Part shown: piece after piece, positions 12,583-25,217 of the stretch
Layout of the letters: every line of letters starts with the position of its first letter
Position numbering within the stretch: the stretch's first letter is position 1
Assembly (NCBI GenBank): GCA_951406725.2
Contig: OX597820.1
Location: 67,456,001-67,520,000, forward strand
Source: Octopus vulgaris
Lineage: Eukaryota
Reading direction: 5' to 3'
DNA length: 64,000 nucleotides
Notes under the pieces: generated by a model
The model's database searches: none
Seen by the model: only the letters and a program-made list of their open reading frames with translations
Told to the model about the DNA's origin: nothing
Translations under genes and position numbers: made by a program

Positions 12583-12687
12583 CTTTCGTTTTGGTGCTTT
12601 TTGTGGTAGCGGTGATAAATTAGAAAGACTAACTCGCGGTAAATTGCGAAGCATTCGCAGCGCACGAGTTGTGTTACCGGCCGCCAT
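12583..12687 (-). CDS. MRPL15: Mitochondrial ribosomal protein L15 (uL15m), coding exon 1
   Basis: Reverse complement reads ATG GCG GCC GGT... = MAAGNTTRALRMLRNLPRVSLSNLSPLPQKAPKRK, then donor AAG|GTATTT; 105 nt, phase 0. LRNLPRVSLSNL matches the MRPL15 N-terminal motif. Confidence 0.93.
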
Positions 12688-12690
12688 CTT
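12680..12690 (-). promoter_or_regulatory. YY1-type motif (AAGATGGCGGC) overlapping the MRPL15 start codon
   Basis: + strand GCCGCCATCTT, the canonical YY1 site often found over the ATG of housekeeping genes with short 5' UTRs. Confidence 0.65.
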
Positions 12691-12710
12691 TAAATGGAAA
12701 CCGCATTGAT

Positions 12711-12725
12711 AGAGTTATTTCCCTT
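12711..12725. promoter_or_regulatory. Recurrent 15-mer AGAGTTATTTCCCTT immediately upstream of the MRPL15 ATG
   Basis: Exact copies also at 14057-14071 and 20247-20261; function inferred only. Confidence 0.4.
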
Positions 12726-14846
12726 GAATCATTCCAAGGTCACCAGAGTACAAGAGAGGAGAGTCCAAGTTTCTGAAAATATATTTAAATGGCCAAATCA
12801 GTTGTTAACGTTTTTCATCGTAAAATAATATTAGGCATTATAAACCACAATTTGAAATATAAACGTTTGTAACAGACAGGGGTGTATTACATAAATGTTG
12901 ATAAGGTCGAAAATATATATATATTCTACAAGTGACAAATAAAAATAATGAGTGAAATAGAAGCAGTGCGTGTGTTATTATTGGCATAATGACCTTCCCA
13001 AGGTACAACAAAATATGTTTCAACACTCGAATTCATATTAAAAAAAATCTTGCAAATCAAATACAAAAACAAAACACGATAAAAAAAGACTTCATTGCAA
13101 AAACGAAAACATTTTTTAGACTGATTTGTAGCATTACTTTTCCGTTACTGGAAAATTGTTTATAACAAATTTTGGATCTGGGTTTGCACCCCCTTAAGCA
13201 AATTTCCTTCCAGCACTTTGGCACTCGAACTACAACAGGCATATAACTACATAGACACACAAAGTATACGACGGTGGGGATTCACTTGTAAGATCAACTG
13301 GATTACCTGCTCCTTAATTAACTTGTAAGCAGTTATTCATAACGTAATTTTCGGGCAGTCAGCGTGACAGTGTATGTGATAAGACCCAACCTTTTGAATC
13401 TCAGGTACAATCTACCCGATAGGCCTCTATGCAGTTTTCCGTCAACACTCTTTCACTCACTGGGTACGAGGAAAGTTTAGAAAATGATATTTGCCTTATG
13501 TACCTCGCCGTGAGATCGAACCCCAGACCACATAGTTAGGAAGCGAACTTCTTAAACGTTTGACTGTACTGCATCTACAGTTACATTGGTTTCAAATTTG
13601 GCACAAGGCAGGCAATTTCGGGGGAAGGAGTCGGTCAATTATATTGACCTCCAGCATGCAACTAGTACTTAATTCATAGACCGCGAAAGGATAAAAAGGG
13701 AAGTCAACATCAGTAAGATTTGAACTCAGAACATAAAGACGGACGAAATGCCGCTAAGCACTTTCGCCCGGCGTGTTAACTATTCTGCCAGCCTGCCGCC
13801 TTAGCATCGTCAGCTACATTAAGTAGATCTAAGCATTGTAAAAGTTTGTTCCTTAAAAAAAGAATCAGAAATTTAACGAAAATATTGTGAGATAATAAAA
13901 AAAAGAATAGAATTAGGAGTTTTATGTGTGTGTGTGTGTGTTTGTGTGTATTTGTGTGTGCTCATATATTCGGAAGGACTTTGGGTAAGAGACAATTTAA
14001 AGAAGAGCCAAATTATCTCAACAAACGAATTTCAAGGGAATAAGAAAAGAAATAGCAGAGTTATTTCCCTTTATTCACTACAACAGCATCAGAAGTTTAT
14101 GAAATTATATCAGCTCTTTAGGTATATATCTTCGCTGTGGTGATACTATTTGTTTTTATTTGTGTGTGCATGAATATGAGTATAGTGTCCAACACATTTT
14201 TTTATAAAAAGTAAATACGACTGGAGTTTTCTGAAGGTCGAACGAATGTATACGAAAGGACAATCTTTATTCGAGAGATTAAATTTCTTCATAGGATAAA
14301 ACTTGAAGAGGAGTTTTATTTGATAGATTGTTCTTTGGATATTTGTGATAAATATAGAGTTATTTCCATCGGATGTTTTTACATTTTACATATATTTACA
14401 TAAAAAACAACAACTTTATATTGTGATAAGGAATTAAGATGATTTACAATTTCTTTTTGATTTAAAAACTAAAGCCTTTAAAGTTATCACTAGACTTCAT
14501 AATATTCAGCCCTGATCACTTGTTGGTTCTCTATAATCCTCTGCAAAGAATATCTGTCGTCTAGCTTAATGCCAGCCCCTTGTACATGAGGGCATGAAGT
14601 AGAGTTTTCTCTATTGTAAACATTCGGAATAGATCTCCGGATTGATGGTATCACTTTCCTTCCTTCTTCTATTCTGGAGGACTTGTTAAGTGTAATCGGG
14701 GCTGCTAATTCTCCTCTCATTAAGCTACAACAAATTTAAAAAACTAGCAATGTACTACCGAATTACACCCGTGCAGGACATCAGTTTCTGGGGTAACCAA
14801 TCAAAACGATATTATTTTTCGGGAAATGTAAATCTATTAGAAGATT

Positions 14847-14893
14847 AGGTGCACTGACGATGATGGCCAAGGAAAGCGGTGACCGCTGCACCT
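14847..14893 (+). ncRNA. Degenerate type I hammerhead ribozyme motif
   Basis: AGGTGCA-CTGACGA-(tgatggccaag)-GAAA-GCGG tga CCGC-TGCACCT: perfect 7-bp stem I and 4-bp stem III, but the cleavage nucleotides are missing and stem II is poor. Confidence 0.5.
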
Positions 14894-15189
14894 TCAGCTT
14901 TCGATTTATTAATAATGAAATATACTCCCTTTTATGAAAACTGAACATGCTTATATTCTGATAAAATAATTTCAAATAAAAATCTACTTAAATTCTTTAT
15001 CCTCAACAGCGAGACTTACACATAAATATTTTTAATTCCACGCATACATATCAGACGGTCGGTATGTGTGTGCATGTTTGTGAATGTATGTATGCGCGCG
15101 TATGTATGTATGTATGTATGTATGTATGTATGTATGTATGTATGTATGTATGTATGTATGTATGTATGTATGTATGTATGTATGTATGG

Positions 15190-15422
15190 AATTGTTCAAT
15201 TTTATTTCAAGATTTCTTGACAATAGAGAAAGAGCTGGTTTCTGGCCTAGATCCAAAGCTTCTTCATTGGAATTTCAACATCAATAACAGGGTGTGTATG
15301 TATGTATGTATGTATGTATGTATGTATGTATGTATGTATGTATGTATGAATGTATGTATGTATGTATGTATGTATGTATGTATGTATGTATGTATGTATG
15401 TATGTATGTATGTATGTATGTA

Positions 15423-15455
<33 letters not shown>

Positions 15456-15895
15456 ATGTATGTATGTATGTATGTATGTATGTATGTATGTATGTATGTA
15501 TGTATGTATAAGTGCAGATTTGTATGTTTTGTTTTATGTATGTATTCTCATGCATATACTTGCATGTCTAGACACGCTCATATATATTTAAATGATAAAA
15601 TTCTGGAAAGTTTTCCAGATTTTTACGGTTCCAGTGATGGATTGGATCTGTAGTCTTCGAATCAGCTTTTTCCTTTCTAGTTTTGAGAAGCCTAATTTCC
15701 CAAGATTGATATTTCGGAAGTGTGTTACATATCCCAGTGCCCCAATAATTAAAGGTATAAACCTGAACTTGTAATCTGGATAGAATAACTGCAGATTTCT
15801 CAATAGTTCAGCGTAGGTGTTCTCTTTTTCACTGATCTTCAGCTTTATGTTAACATCCGCTGGGCATTTAATCTCCATAACTGTACACAGTTTGT
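15190..15895 (-). mobile_element. R4/Dong-like non-LTR retrotransposon 3' fragment (restriction-like endonuclease C-terminus plus 3' UTR) in (TATG)n
   Basis: 15588-15895 encodes KLCTVMEIKCPADVNIKLKISEKENTYAELLRNLQLFYPDYKFRFIPLIIGALGYV...TFQNFII*; the CPxDxN..K..EK..Y..L and IPxIIGALG motifs are typical of R4-clade RLE. Flanked and interrupted by (TACA)n. Confidence 0.8.
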
Positions 15896-16243
15896 GTATG
15901 TATGTGTGTGTGTACGTGTGTGTATATGTATGTATGTGGTGTATGTGTGTGTACGTATGAATGTGTGTACGTATGTACGTATGTATGTGTGTACGTGTGT
16001 GTATATGTATGTACGTATGTATGTATGTATGTATGTATGTATGCATGTATGTATGTATGTATGTATGTATGTATGTATGTATGTATGTATGCATGTATGT
16101 ATGTATGTGTGTACGTGTGTGTGTATGTATATATGTGTGTACGTGTGTGTATGTATGTATGTATGTATGTATGTATGTATGTATGTATGGATGGATGGAT
16201 GGATGAGTGCCTACACACATGCACGCCTGTATGTATGTATGTA

Positions 16244-16288
<45 letters not shown>

Positions 16289-16648
16289 TACAAAAATCGA
16301 AGCAGCTATTTACAAAAGCACCGAAACAAAATACATCTCTACCAAAAAATAAAAAAATAAAAATAAACCTTATTGAAAAAGATTTATAAAAATAACTGCG
16401 GAGATCGCGCCGTTATGTATTTGTTTAATAAATCATAAATATATTAAAAGCTGATTTTTTGTTTGGTTCTGCACAACGTTCAACTCTTCTGTAACCATAT
16501 TTTTCCCGATATAACCTGACTTTGTTTCGACTAATTTTGGAAATAACGAAGAATTTTGAAAAACAACTGTCATTATTATTAAGCTGGTGTTTAGAACGTA
16601 AATAAGTACAAGATCAGAAATTTGCTCTCAGTATTTCACTAGTATTCT

Positions 16649-16880
16649 TATTTCTTTATTGCCCACAAGGGGCTAAACTTAGAGGGGACAAACAAGGACA
16701 GACAAACGGATTAAGTCGATTACATCGGCCCCAGTGCGTAACTGGTACTTATTTAATCGACCCTGAAAGGATGAAAGGCAAAGTCGACCTCGACGGAATT
16801 TGAATTCAGAACGTAACGGCAGACGAAATACTGCTAAGCATTTTGCCCGGCGTGCTAACGATTCTGCCAGCTCGCCGCCT
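16649..16880 (-). mobile_element. SINE family B monomer with 14-bp TSD
   Basis: Head AGGCGGCGAGCTGGCAGAATCGTTAGC (A box), GTTCTGAATTCAAATTCC (B box), tail TAAAGAAATA; TSD TTCACTAGTATTCT at 16635-16648 and 16881-16894. Confidence 0.9.
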
Positions 16881-17419
16881 TTCACTAGTATTCTGTTTCA
16901 TCGACGTCTGAGGGGATGAAAGGAAAAGTTTAACCCCGGCGGGATTTGTATCCAAACTGTATATTGAATATGGAATATTGAAGGGATGTTTTATCTTAGA
17001 TTACTTTAAAACAGGTCGGAGGGTTGCGTCAGAGAATCATGAGCGGTCTCTGACGGATTGTTATCAAAAGAGAGTTAAGCGATCATCTTTATGGCTGGAA
17101 GCAATTCCTTCTGTTGACATAATGAAGATAGATAGATAAATAAATAAATAAGCTTATCCATTATGCTGATCGTTGGTATGGACTTACGGCGGATAGAGAA
17201 TATCAAAATATCATTTTAAAAATTCATGTTAGAGTTATGTCCCCTAATTCAATCGATGTCGTTACTTGGTGATCTCCCCCCTATCTTTATCGACGGCCTG
17301 GGTTACCTGATATGGCTACAAAGTAACAGATTACTTTTCATACTTTTTACTTCTGTACGCTGCTATGTTTTGAATCTGGGTTACTTGTTATTAAAGAAAA
17401 CAAAAAAAAACAAACAAAC

Positions 17420-17485
<66 letters not shown>

Positions 17486-17544
17486 AACAAACTAACAAAA
17501 ACAAAAACAAAAAATACAAGGTCAGAATCCAGTTGTATAAAATA

Positions 17545-18270
17545 TTCCTTTCTATTCTAGACACAAGGCCCGAAATTTTTTGGGAGGGGGCTAGTCCCTT
17601 AGAACGTAAAGGCAGACGAAATACCTATTTCTTTACTACCTACAAGGGGCTAAAAACAGAGAGGACAAACAAGGACAGACAAACGGATTAAGTCGATTAT
17701 ATCGACCCCAGTGCGTAACTGGTACTTAATTTATCGACCCCCCAAAAAGATGAAAGGCAAAGTCGACCTCGGCGGAATTTGAACTCAGAACGTAACGGCA
17801 GACGAAATACCGCTAAGCATTTCTCCCAGCGTGCTAACGTTTCTGCCAGCTCGCCGCCTTTGCGCTGTAACGATTCTTTTCTACTAGAGGCAAAAGGCCC
17901 TAAACTTTTGAGGAGGGGGCCAGTCGATTAGATCGACCCCAGTACGCAACTGGTACTTAATCTATCGACCCCGAAAGGATGAAAGGCAAAGTGGACCTCG
18001 GCGGAAATTGAACTCAGAACGTAAAGACAGATGAAATACTTATTTCTTTACTACCCGCAAGGGGATAAACACAGAGAAGACAAACAAGGACAGACAAACG
18101 GATTAAGTCGATTATATCGACCCCAGTGCGTAACTGGTATTTAATTTATCGACCCCGAAAGGAAAGGTAAAGTCGACCTCGGCGGAATTTGATCTCAGAA
18201 CGTAGCGGCAGACGAAATACCGCTAAGCATTTCGCCCGGCGTGCTAACGTTTCTGCCAGCTCGCCGCCTT
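17545..18270 (-). mobile_element. Composite tandem SINE B cluster with two alternative tails
   Basis: Two headed units, each followed by a repeat with the alternative tail ...CCCCTCC..AAATTTCGGGCCTTGTG; flanked by CAGTTGTATAA on both sides. Confidence 0.8.
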
Positions 18271-18654
18271 CAGTTGTATAAGATTTTGAATTATCAAGTA
18301 AGTAAGTAGGAGCTGACTTACATTTACTCATAAACAAAAAAGACGGACGGACTGACAGACACAGATATTTGCACAGAATCCATGTATGTGTGTGTAGTGT
18401 GCGAGTGTGTGTATATATATGTGAAAGATGATGATGACGACGACGACGACGATGACAAGGACGGCAATGACAACAGTACTAATAAGCTTATCGTATTCAG
18501 TTCTCAAGAAAAAAGATAAAGATAAAAAGAGGACAGAAAGCCGTCATAAGTTAAGTAAAGAAAGACAGCAATGAACGCCAAAAGTGCAAACACAGTACAA
18601 AGAATAAAACATAAAATGACAGAAAACGAACAGTAAAAGAATCATAAAGAGGAA

Positions 18655-19230
18655 AGCGTGCATAGGCATGTCCGGAGTAATCTTGGCAAACTTTGAGAAG
18701 CTGCCGCGCCCTGACAGCTAATCACCAGGGCAGGTAGTTTATTCCATGCTTAGGCGATTGTGAACTTGAAAAAATATTTCCGAAAGTCATGGGTGCTGTA
18801 CTGCATCAAGACAACCCACTATATGAATGAAAGAAACAGACAACTCTACGCTCTGTCTTCTAATAAACGATGTCTCGGCTAAACTCTCTCTCTACGATAC
18901 CGTTTGGCATCTGCTGATTCTCAAAAGTTTAGGCTGTATTTTAATTTAATTTATTAGTTTGTTCTGGAGGAATTGATGGCATCCATAGTCTTTTGCAAGC
19001 CCTCCGGGCTGGTGTGGTCGATACTGTTATGGTTTCGCTTAAACTGTTGCACGTAGATGAGTATAGGAAAGGTATAGGTAAAAAGAAAATTCCAGAGGGA
19101 TGATGTTCTGTGGGAGAATGAGTGATCTTTGAGAAGAGAAGAGATGAGTGATAAGAGAATTCCTGACTGAAATGTGACAGGAGATCAGCTGGCTCCATGA
19201 AGCAGAGACTATTGTAATGTGATATGAAAA
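18655..19230 (-). mobile_element. Decayed CR1/L2-like LINE 3' ends
   Basis: Minus frames QYSTHDFRKYFFKFTIA*AWNKLPALVISC (FF..RV...WN.LP motif) and FISHYNSLCFMEPADLL. Confidence 0.55.
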
Positions 19231-19260
19231 TCAGAGAGAGAGAGAGAGAGAGAGAAAGAG

Positions 19261-19310
<50 letters not shown>

Positions 19311-19426
19311 GTGAGGAGAGATATGAAACGCTGTGTTTGTGGGTCAGAGGATGGAGCGTATCTGTGAATGATTTGATATAAATCATGTAAATCAATTGGC
19401 TGGTCTTTCTCTGGCTGCAGTTTAGG

Positions 19427-19529
<103 letters not shown>

Positions 19530-19577
19530 TGTGAGTGTGTGTGTATGTGAGTGTGTGTGTGTGTGTGTGTGTGAGAG

Positions 19578-19610
<33 letters not shown>

Positions 19611-19809
19611 CTGAGTGTATCTAGCAGCACCAGGTATGTTCAATATAATTTATCTATGGATGGCAGGTTTTATATAGATATTTAATATATTTTGCCTGTT
19701 GTCTATTGTATGTATGCATGTACGCATATATAAAACTTATGTCGCAAACATACAAACATGTGAATACTACTGCTTCTCTGCAGATCGAAAAATAAAAGTG
19801 ATGAATAAC

Positions 19810-20125
19810 CTTTGTCAGTTTTCGACTCATATTTGGGTTTCAACACAGTAAAGCTTTAAAAATCAGCAGAGAAAGATTGAGTATTTACTCTTAGAAGACG
19901 GAGAAAAAGTTATCAGCTGGCGTCTACGGAGCTCGAACCCGTACCCCTCGGATATCCGCTGAGTGCTCTAACGATTAAGCTTAACAGTCCCCGAAAGTAA
20001 TTATCGCCAATTTTCATGCTAAAATTATTCCTTCTCCTAAGGTTAAATACCCAATCTTTCTGCTATTTTTACAGCTACACCACGTTCGAAATTTACTTTC
20101 TGCAAAATACCAAAGACATTCGACG
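19810..20125 (-). mobile_element. Fold-back element with central tRNA-like sequence
   Basis: Inverted arms GCAGAGAAAGATTGAGTATTTACTCTTAGAAGA (from 19866) and TCTCCTAAGGTTAAATACCCAATCTTTCTGC (to 20063) around a minus-strand tRNA-like segment (19919-19991) with B box GGTTCGAGCTCC. Confidence 0.6.
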
Positions 20126-20146
20126 CTTTCAAAGTTTGTTTATGAT

Positions 20147-20196
<50 letters not shown>

Positions 20197-20736
20197 AGAG
20201 TGTTCTATCGTCTGCATAGAGATTCGTATATGGCTAAAAAAAAGATAGAGTTATTTCCCTTTATTCGCTTTGAAAAAAAACATTTCATATGAAACCTTTA
20301 CGAGGGAGCATTGTGTGAACGCCTCTGATCAGAGGTCTACTCGGCCAGTGCTTTTCTAGGGTTAAACAATAACAACAACAACAACAACAGGAGGAGGAGG
20401 AGGAGGAGGAGCAGGAACAGCTACTGCAATTTATTCCTTGTTTCTGAAAATAAACTTGTTCGTTTGATAGAGTGTTCCCTGTATATAGATTTCTTTAGCT
20501 ATAGTTTCCCTTCGTCAACGTGTTCTGTAGGTATATTATGCTCTCTCTATTCAATATTTTCTAGATAAAATCTACATAAAAATATAGTGTTCTTTAGATT
20601 TAGTCTTCCTAATATATAATGTTTTATAGAGAGTGTTCCTTGGATATAAATATAATGTAAACATTTATAGCATTCTTTAGAAATATTTGTTCACAAGATA
20701 CCACGTTCTCTATGCCCACTGTTTTTTTAACGCACG

Positions 20737-20803
<67 letters not shown>

Positions 20804-20951
20804 TTATATATGGTTTACTGTTCCATTAAAGTAAGATGAAGAAAAAAGTACTTCATCCAGTGTGAGATAGATGATGTTCAATTTAATGAAAATTTAATGT
20901 AGTCTGTATAAATATGTACCTCGTATCTTAATACTGTGTACATTATATATA

Positions 20952-21245
20952 GGAGCACTCCGTCGGTTACCAGTTAAGAGTACCAGTTGATACGATCAAC
21001 GGAACAGCTTGCTCGTGAAATTAACATGCAAGTGGCTGAGCACTCCACAGACCCATGTACTCATAACGTAGTTCTCGGGGAGATTCAGCGTGACACAGAG
21101 CGTGACAGGGCTGGCCCTTTGAAATACAGGTACTATTCATTTTTGCTAGCTGGGTGGACTGGAGCAACCTGAAATATATTGTTTTGCAGAAGGACACAAC
21201 GGGAATTGAACTCACGACATAACCACTAAGCCAAAACACCTTCAC
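20952..21245 (-). mobile_element. CORE-like tRNA SINE (family D variant)
   Basis: tRNA-like head, TTGTGTCCTT..GCAA core, tail shared with 42691-42880 and 43365-43500. Confidence 0.75.
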
Positions 21246-21253
21246 ACATCATC

Positions 21254-21319
<66 letters not shown>

Positions 21320-21552
21320 TATTTCTTTACTACCCACAAGGGGCTAAACACAAAGGTGACAAACAAGGACAGACAAACGGATTAAGTCGATTACATCGAC
21401 CTCAGTGCGTAACTGGTACTTAATTTATCGACCCTGAAAGGATGAAAGGCAAAGTCGACCTCGGCGGAATTTGAACTCAGAACATAACTGCAGACGAAAT
21501 ACGGCTACGTATTTCGCCCGGCGTGCTAACGTTTCAGCCAGCTCACCGCCTT
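21320..21552 (-). mobile_element. SINE B inserted in the (CAT)n tail of a SINE C copy
   Basis: Full monomer flanked by (CAT)n on both sides; SINE C continues 21552-21880. Confidence 0.85.
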
Positions 21553-22220
21553 CATCATCATCATCATCATCACCATCATCATCATCATCTAACGTCCACT
21601 TTCCATGGTAGCATGGGCTGGACGATTTGACTAAGGCTGCGACCCATATAGCTGCACCAGGCTCCAATCTGATCTGGTAGAGTTTCTACAGCTGGATGCT
21701 ATTCCTAATGCCAAACACTCCGAGAGTGTAGTGGGTGCTTTTATGTGCCACCGGTACGAGGGCCAGTCAGGCAGTACTGGCAACGGCCACGTTCAAGTGG
21801 TGTTTTTTACGTGTCACCTGCACAGGAGCCAGTCCAGCGGCACTGGCAACGACCTCGCTCGAATGTCTTTCACGTTCCACCGGTTTTGTAAATCATTCAG
21901 TTGTGCATGTTAACCAGTGTTAGCTGTGTATGGATTGTAGTGGCTAAGCTAAGCTAAGCTAAGCTGTGCCCAGAGCGAGCTCTGGTCGCCGTAGCGCTCA
22001 CTGCTGGGCTGTTGGCAGTGAGCCCAATGGTGCCCAGAGTTTAGCCCATGACACTCCCTGGACCCTAAGGAAGGCATGTGTAAAATTTGAATGAAATCGG
22101 TTGTGTAGTTCTGAAGTTTTAGGGATTCACGCTGACAGACAGACAGACTCACATTCTCAGTTTTACATATATAGATATATATGTATATATATATATGCAC
22201 ATATATACATGCATGTAAAT

Positions 22221-22257
<37 letters not shown>

Positions 22258-22331
22258 CATATACGTATACAAGTATACATCTGCGTGTACAGATATGTAT
22301 ATGAATGCAAATATAAAAGGTAATATAAGGC

Positions 22332-23940
22332 ACTAGCAGATTAACCGGCGTTGCCCGAGTTACATACAATTGAGGAATTAGACTTTTCTGTTATATTTTC
22401 TGTAATGAACTGGAATACGTATGTTTCGAATTTCATCAAAATTGCAGATGAGGGTTATTTCCCTCTTTACAGACCCAAACAAAATTGTAATTGTGCTGAT
22501 TTTTATGCGCATATTCCAAAAGTCCAGTCTTATAGCACCTGTTAAAAGGATTTTGCTACTGAAAAATGGAGATTATGGAGCTCTAAAATGTGAGAGTTAA
22601 CGCCCCTATTGGGGGTGCGCATCTTAATGTCAACCAGAGAAGTTGAATTATTGAGACTCTTTTTTACTTGGGTCTTAAATCTATTGTTTGAATTTCTTTG
22701 AAATAGGAAATATATGTTCACTGGGTTTGTAAAAGAGAGCAAAGCTACAGGAAACCAAAAGACGAATGATCACGAAAAGCAGTCAGCTACAATACCCTAG
22801 ACGTTACCACTCCCAATGTAGTATTTCTCATCATCCAGGTGACAGACACAGCCGTAAGATGCATTACGAATCTATAAGAATTGGAAGGGCGTGACCCAAC
22901 TGAAATAAACATTAACAACTGTGTGACGTGAAGGCTAAGGAGAAATAAAAGTCGGAGTTTGCAAATGACCATTATACTGATACGTAACTGGACAGAATAA
23001 ATATACAATCTATAAATGTCTCTGAATAACCAGTCACTCATCTGGGAAGGCTTTAAAATTAATGTTACCATGTGGGGACTATGTGTGACCCAGTGATAAT
23101 AAAAAGACTGAAAGGAGATCTGCAATCAAATAACTTTACTCAACACTTTGCAACTGAATCATTTACTTGACAATTTATGTAGCACATTGCAGAAATCACA
23201 ATTTAAGTGTATGTCAAAGCAAACTCTTACACTGTTTCACCATTGAACTACAAATAATGCTCATCTTCTATGCTCGGATGACCCCACAGCTTCCAAGAGT
23301 ATAACAATTCGTCTTTGCTTAGATAAAATGTCAAAATTGTGGGTGTTAAGTCCCCATGAAGGGGTCTTTCTAACTTGTAAGAAGATGAATTTTTATAAAT
23401 ATTACTTTATTTGTATCTAATATCTATGGTTAAAATTTCATCAACAGCAAAAATATATGAATTGTCATGGGGGTTGTGGCCCTTATGCATAGAGTATAAT
23501 TTCCAAATTTCGTAAAGATCCATTCAGTACTTTTGACTAAATTTGGGAGTTAAGGCCCCCATTAGGGTGTCTTAGAATCCTTATGTGAAGTGGAAACTTT
23601 GAGAATACTTCTTGATGTGTGTTAATTACCCATGGTTGAAATTTTATCAACATCGAAAATTTATGTATTTTCATGGGGGGTTCTGCCCCTTTTAAGCCAT
23701 CCGAAATTGAAACCAAACATATTGCATTATACCCGCCCTTATGCATTGAATCTAAGTTACAAATATCATAAGGATCCATTCAGAAAATTTGGTCCATGAA
23801 ATTGTATGAAACACACAGCATTACCCTTCTCCCTGGGCTTCGATTTTGTGTTCCAAATTTCATTATGATCGGTGCAGCAGTTTTCGAATGTATAAGTAAT
23901 ACACGAATACATAAAGACATTGTCTTTGATATAATAAATA
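22332..23940 (-). mobile_element. Helitron-like non-autonomous element with internal ~180-bp tandem repeats
   Basis: Minus-strand 3' end CTCGGGCAACGCCGGTTAATCTGCTAG|T (GC-rich segment plus CTAG); repeats at 23380-23800 (AAAATTTCATCAAC..CATGGGGGTT..GCCCCTT..GATCCATTCAG). Separate HINE-like 5' ends at 22030-22175 and 25650-25785. Confidence 0.6.
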
Positions 23941-24074
23941 TGAATGTACACATATACATATATGTATTGTATAAATATATATATATATATATATACGTGT
24001 GTGTGTGTGTGTTGTGTTGTGTGTGTGTGTGTGTGCGCGTGTATTATATATATATATACATACAAAGATAAATT

Positions 24075-24317
24075 GATAGATACAACTGAGTGGGCAAACA
24101 AAAATATGAGACACAGCGTAGTGCTTTTTTATGTTGATAAGCCTGGTACTTATTCTATTAGTTTCTTCTTGTGAAACCAGTAAGTTATGGGGATGTAAAT
24201 AAACGAACAGCAGTTGTGAAGCAGTGATGAGGGTGAAACACAGAAACAAAGTCATACACATACACTTAAATATATACATACATATATATACGATTGATTT
24301 CTTTAAGCTTCTGTCTA

Positions 24318-24385
<68 letters not shown>

Positions 24386-24786
24386 TTATGTATGTATGTA
24401 CACATACACACACACACAGACAAATTGTGTGGGCAAACAAAAGTATGAGATACTGCCTAGTGGGTTTTTTTATTTTTATAAGCCTGGTACTTATTCTATC
24501 AGTCTCTTGTGAAACCAGTAAGTTATGGGGATGTAAATAAACGAATACCAGTTGTGAGGCAGTGGTGAGGGAGAAACACAAAACACACACACACAGACTT
24601 ACATATATATATACATATATTTACGATTGATTTCTTTCAATTTCTGTCTACAAAATCCACTGACAAGGCTTTGGTTGGTCTGAGGCTATAGCAGAAGACA
24701 CATGCCAAGTTACCACACAGTGGGACTGAACTGAGGACCATGTGTTTTGGAACGAAGTTTGTTACCACACAGCTACACCTGCACCT
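24075..24786 (-). mobile_element. SINE A with internally duplicated 3' half
   Basis: Block GTGGGCAAACAAAA..TATGAGA..AAGCCTGGTACTTATTCTAT..GAAACCAGTAAGTTATGGGGATGTAAATAAACGAA occurs at ~24090 and ~24430. Confidence 0.8.
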
Positions 24787-24790
24787 GTGT

Positions 24791-24839
<49 letters not shown>

Positions 24840-24980
24840 TATATATGTATGCATGTATTTATGTGAATATATATGTGTATATATTACATGTACATCTATA
24901 TATATATATACATCTACACATATACATGTATACATATACATCTATATGTATAGAAATAATATATGTATAGAAATAATACA

Positions 24981-25217
24981 AGGCGGCGTGCTGGCAGACT
25001 CGTTAGCGCGCCGGGCGAAATGCTTAGCGGTATTTCGTCTGTCGTTACGTTCTGAGTTCAAATTCCGCCGAGGTCGACTTTACCTTTCATCCTTTCGGGG
25101 TCGATAAATAAAGTACCAGTTTCGCACTGGGGGGGGGGGTCGATGTAATCGACTTAATCCGGTTGTCTGTCCTTGTTTGTCCCCTCTATGTTTAGCCCCT
25201 TGTGGGCAATAAAGAAA
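24981..25217 (+). mobile_element. SINE B monomer
   Basis: Family consensus match; TSD-like ATATGTATAGAAATAA on both sides. Confidence 0.88.

Noticed and set aside
15032-16389. Long ORFs of YVCM/HTYI repeats (also 24-28 kb, 46 kb, 53.7 kb, 62 kb)
   Set aside because: Translations of (TATG)n, (TA)n, (CA)n and (TCTA)n microsatellites; only the RLE segment 15588-15895 is coding-derived.
22780-23110. Possible Helitron helicase motifs (FAMTI / HGQLYV-like) on the + strand
   Set aside because: Needs several frameshifts, spacing is wrong and orientation conflicts with the Helitron-like termini.
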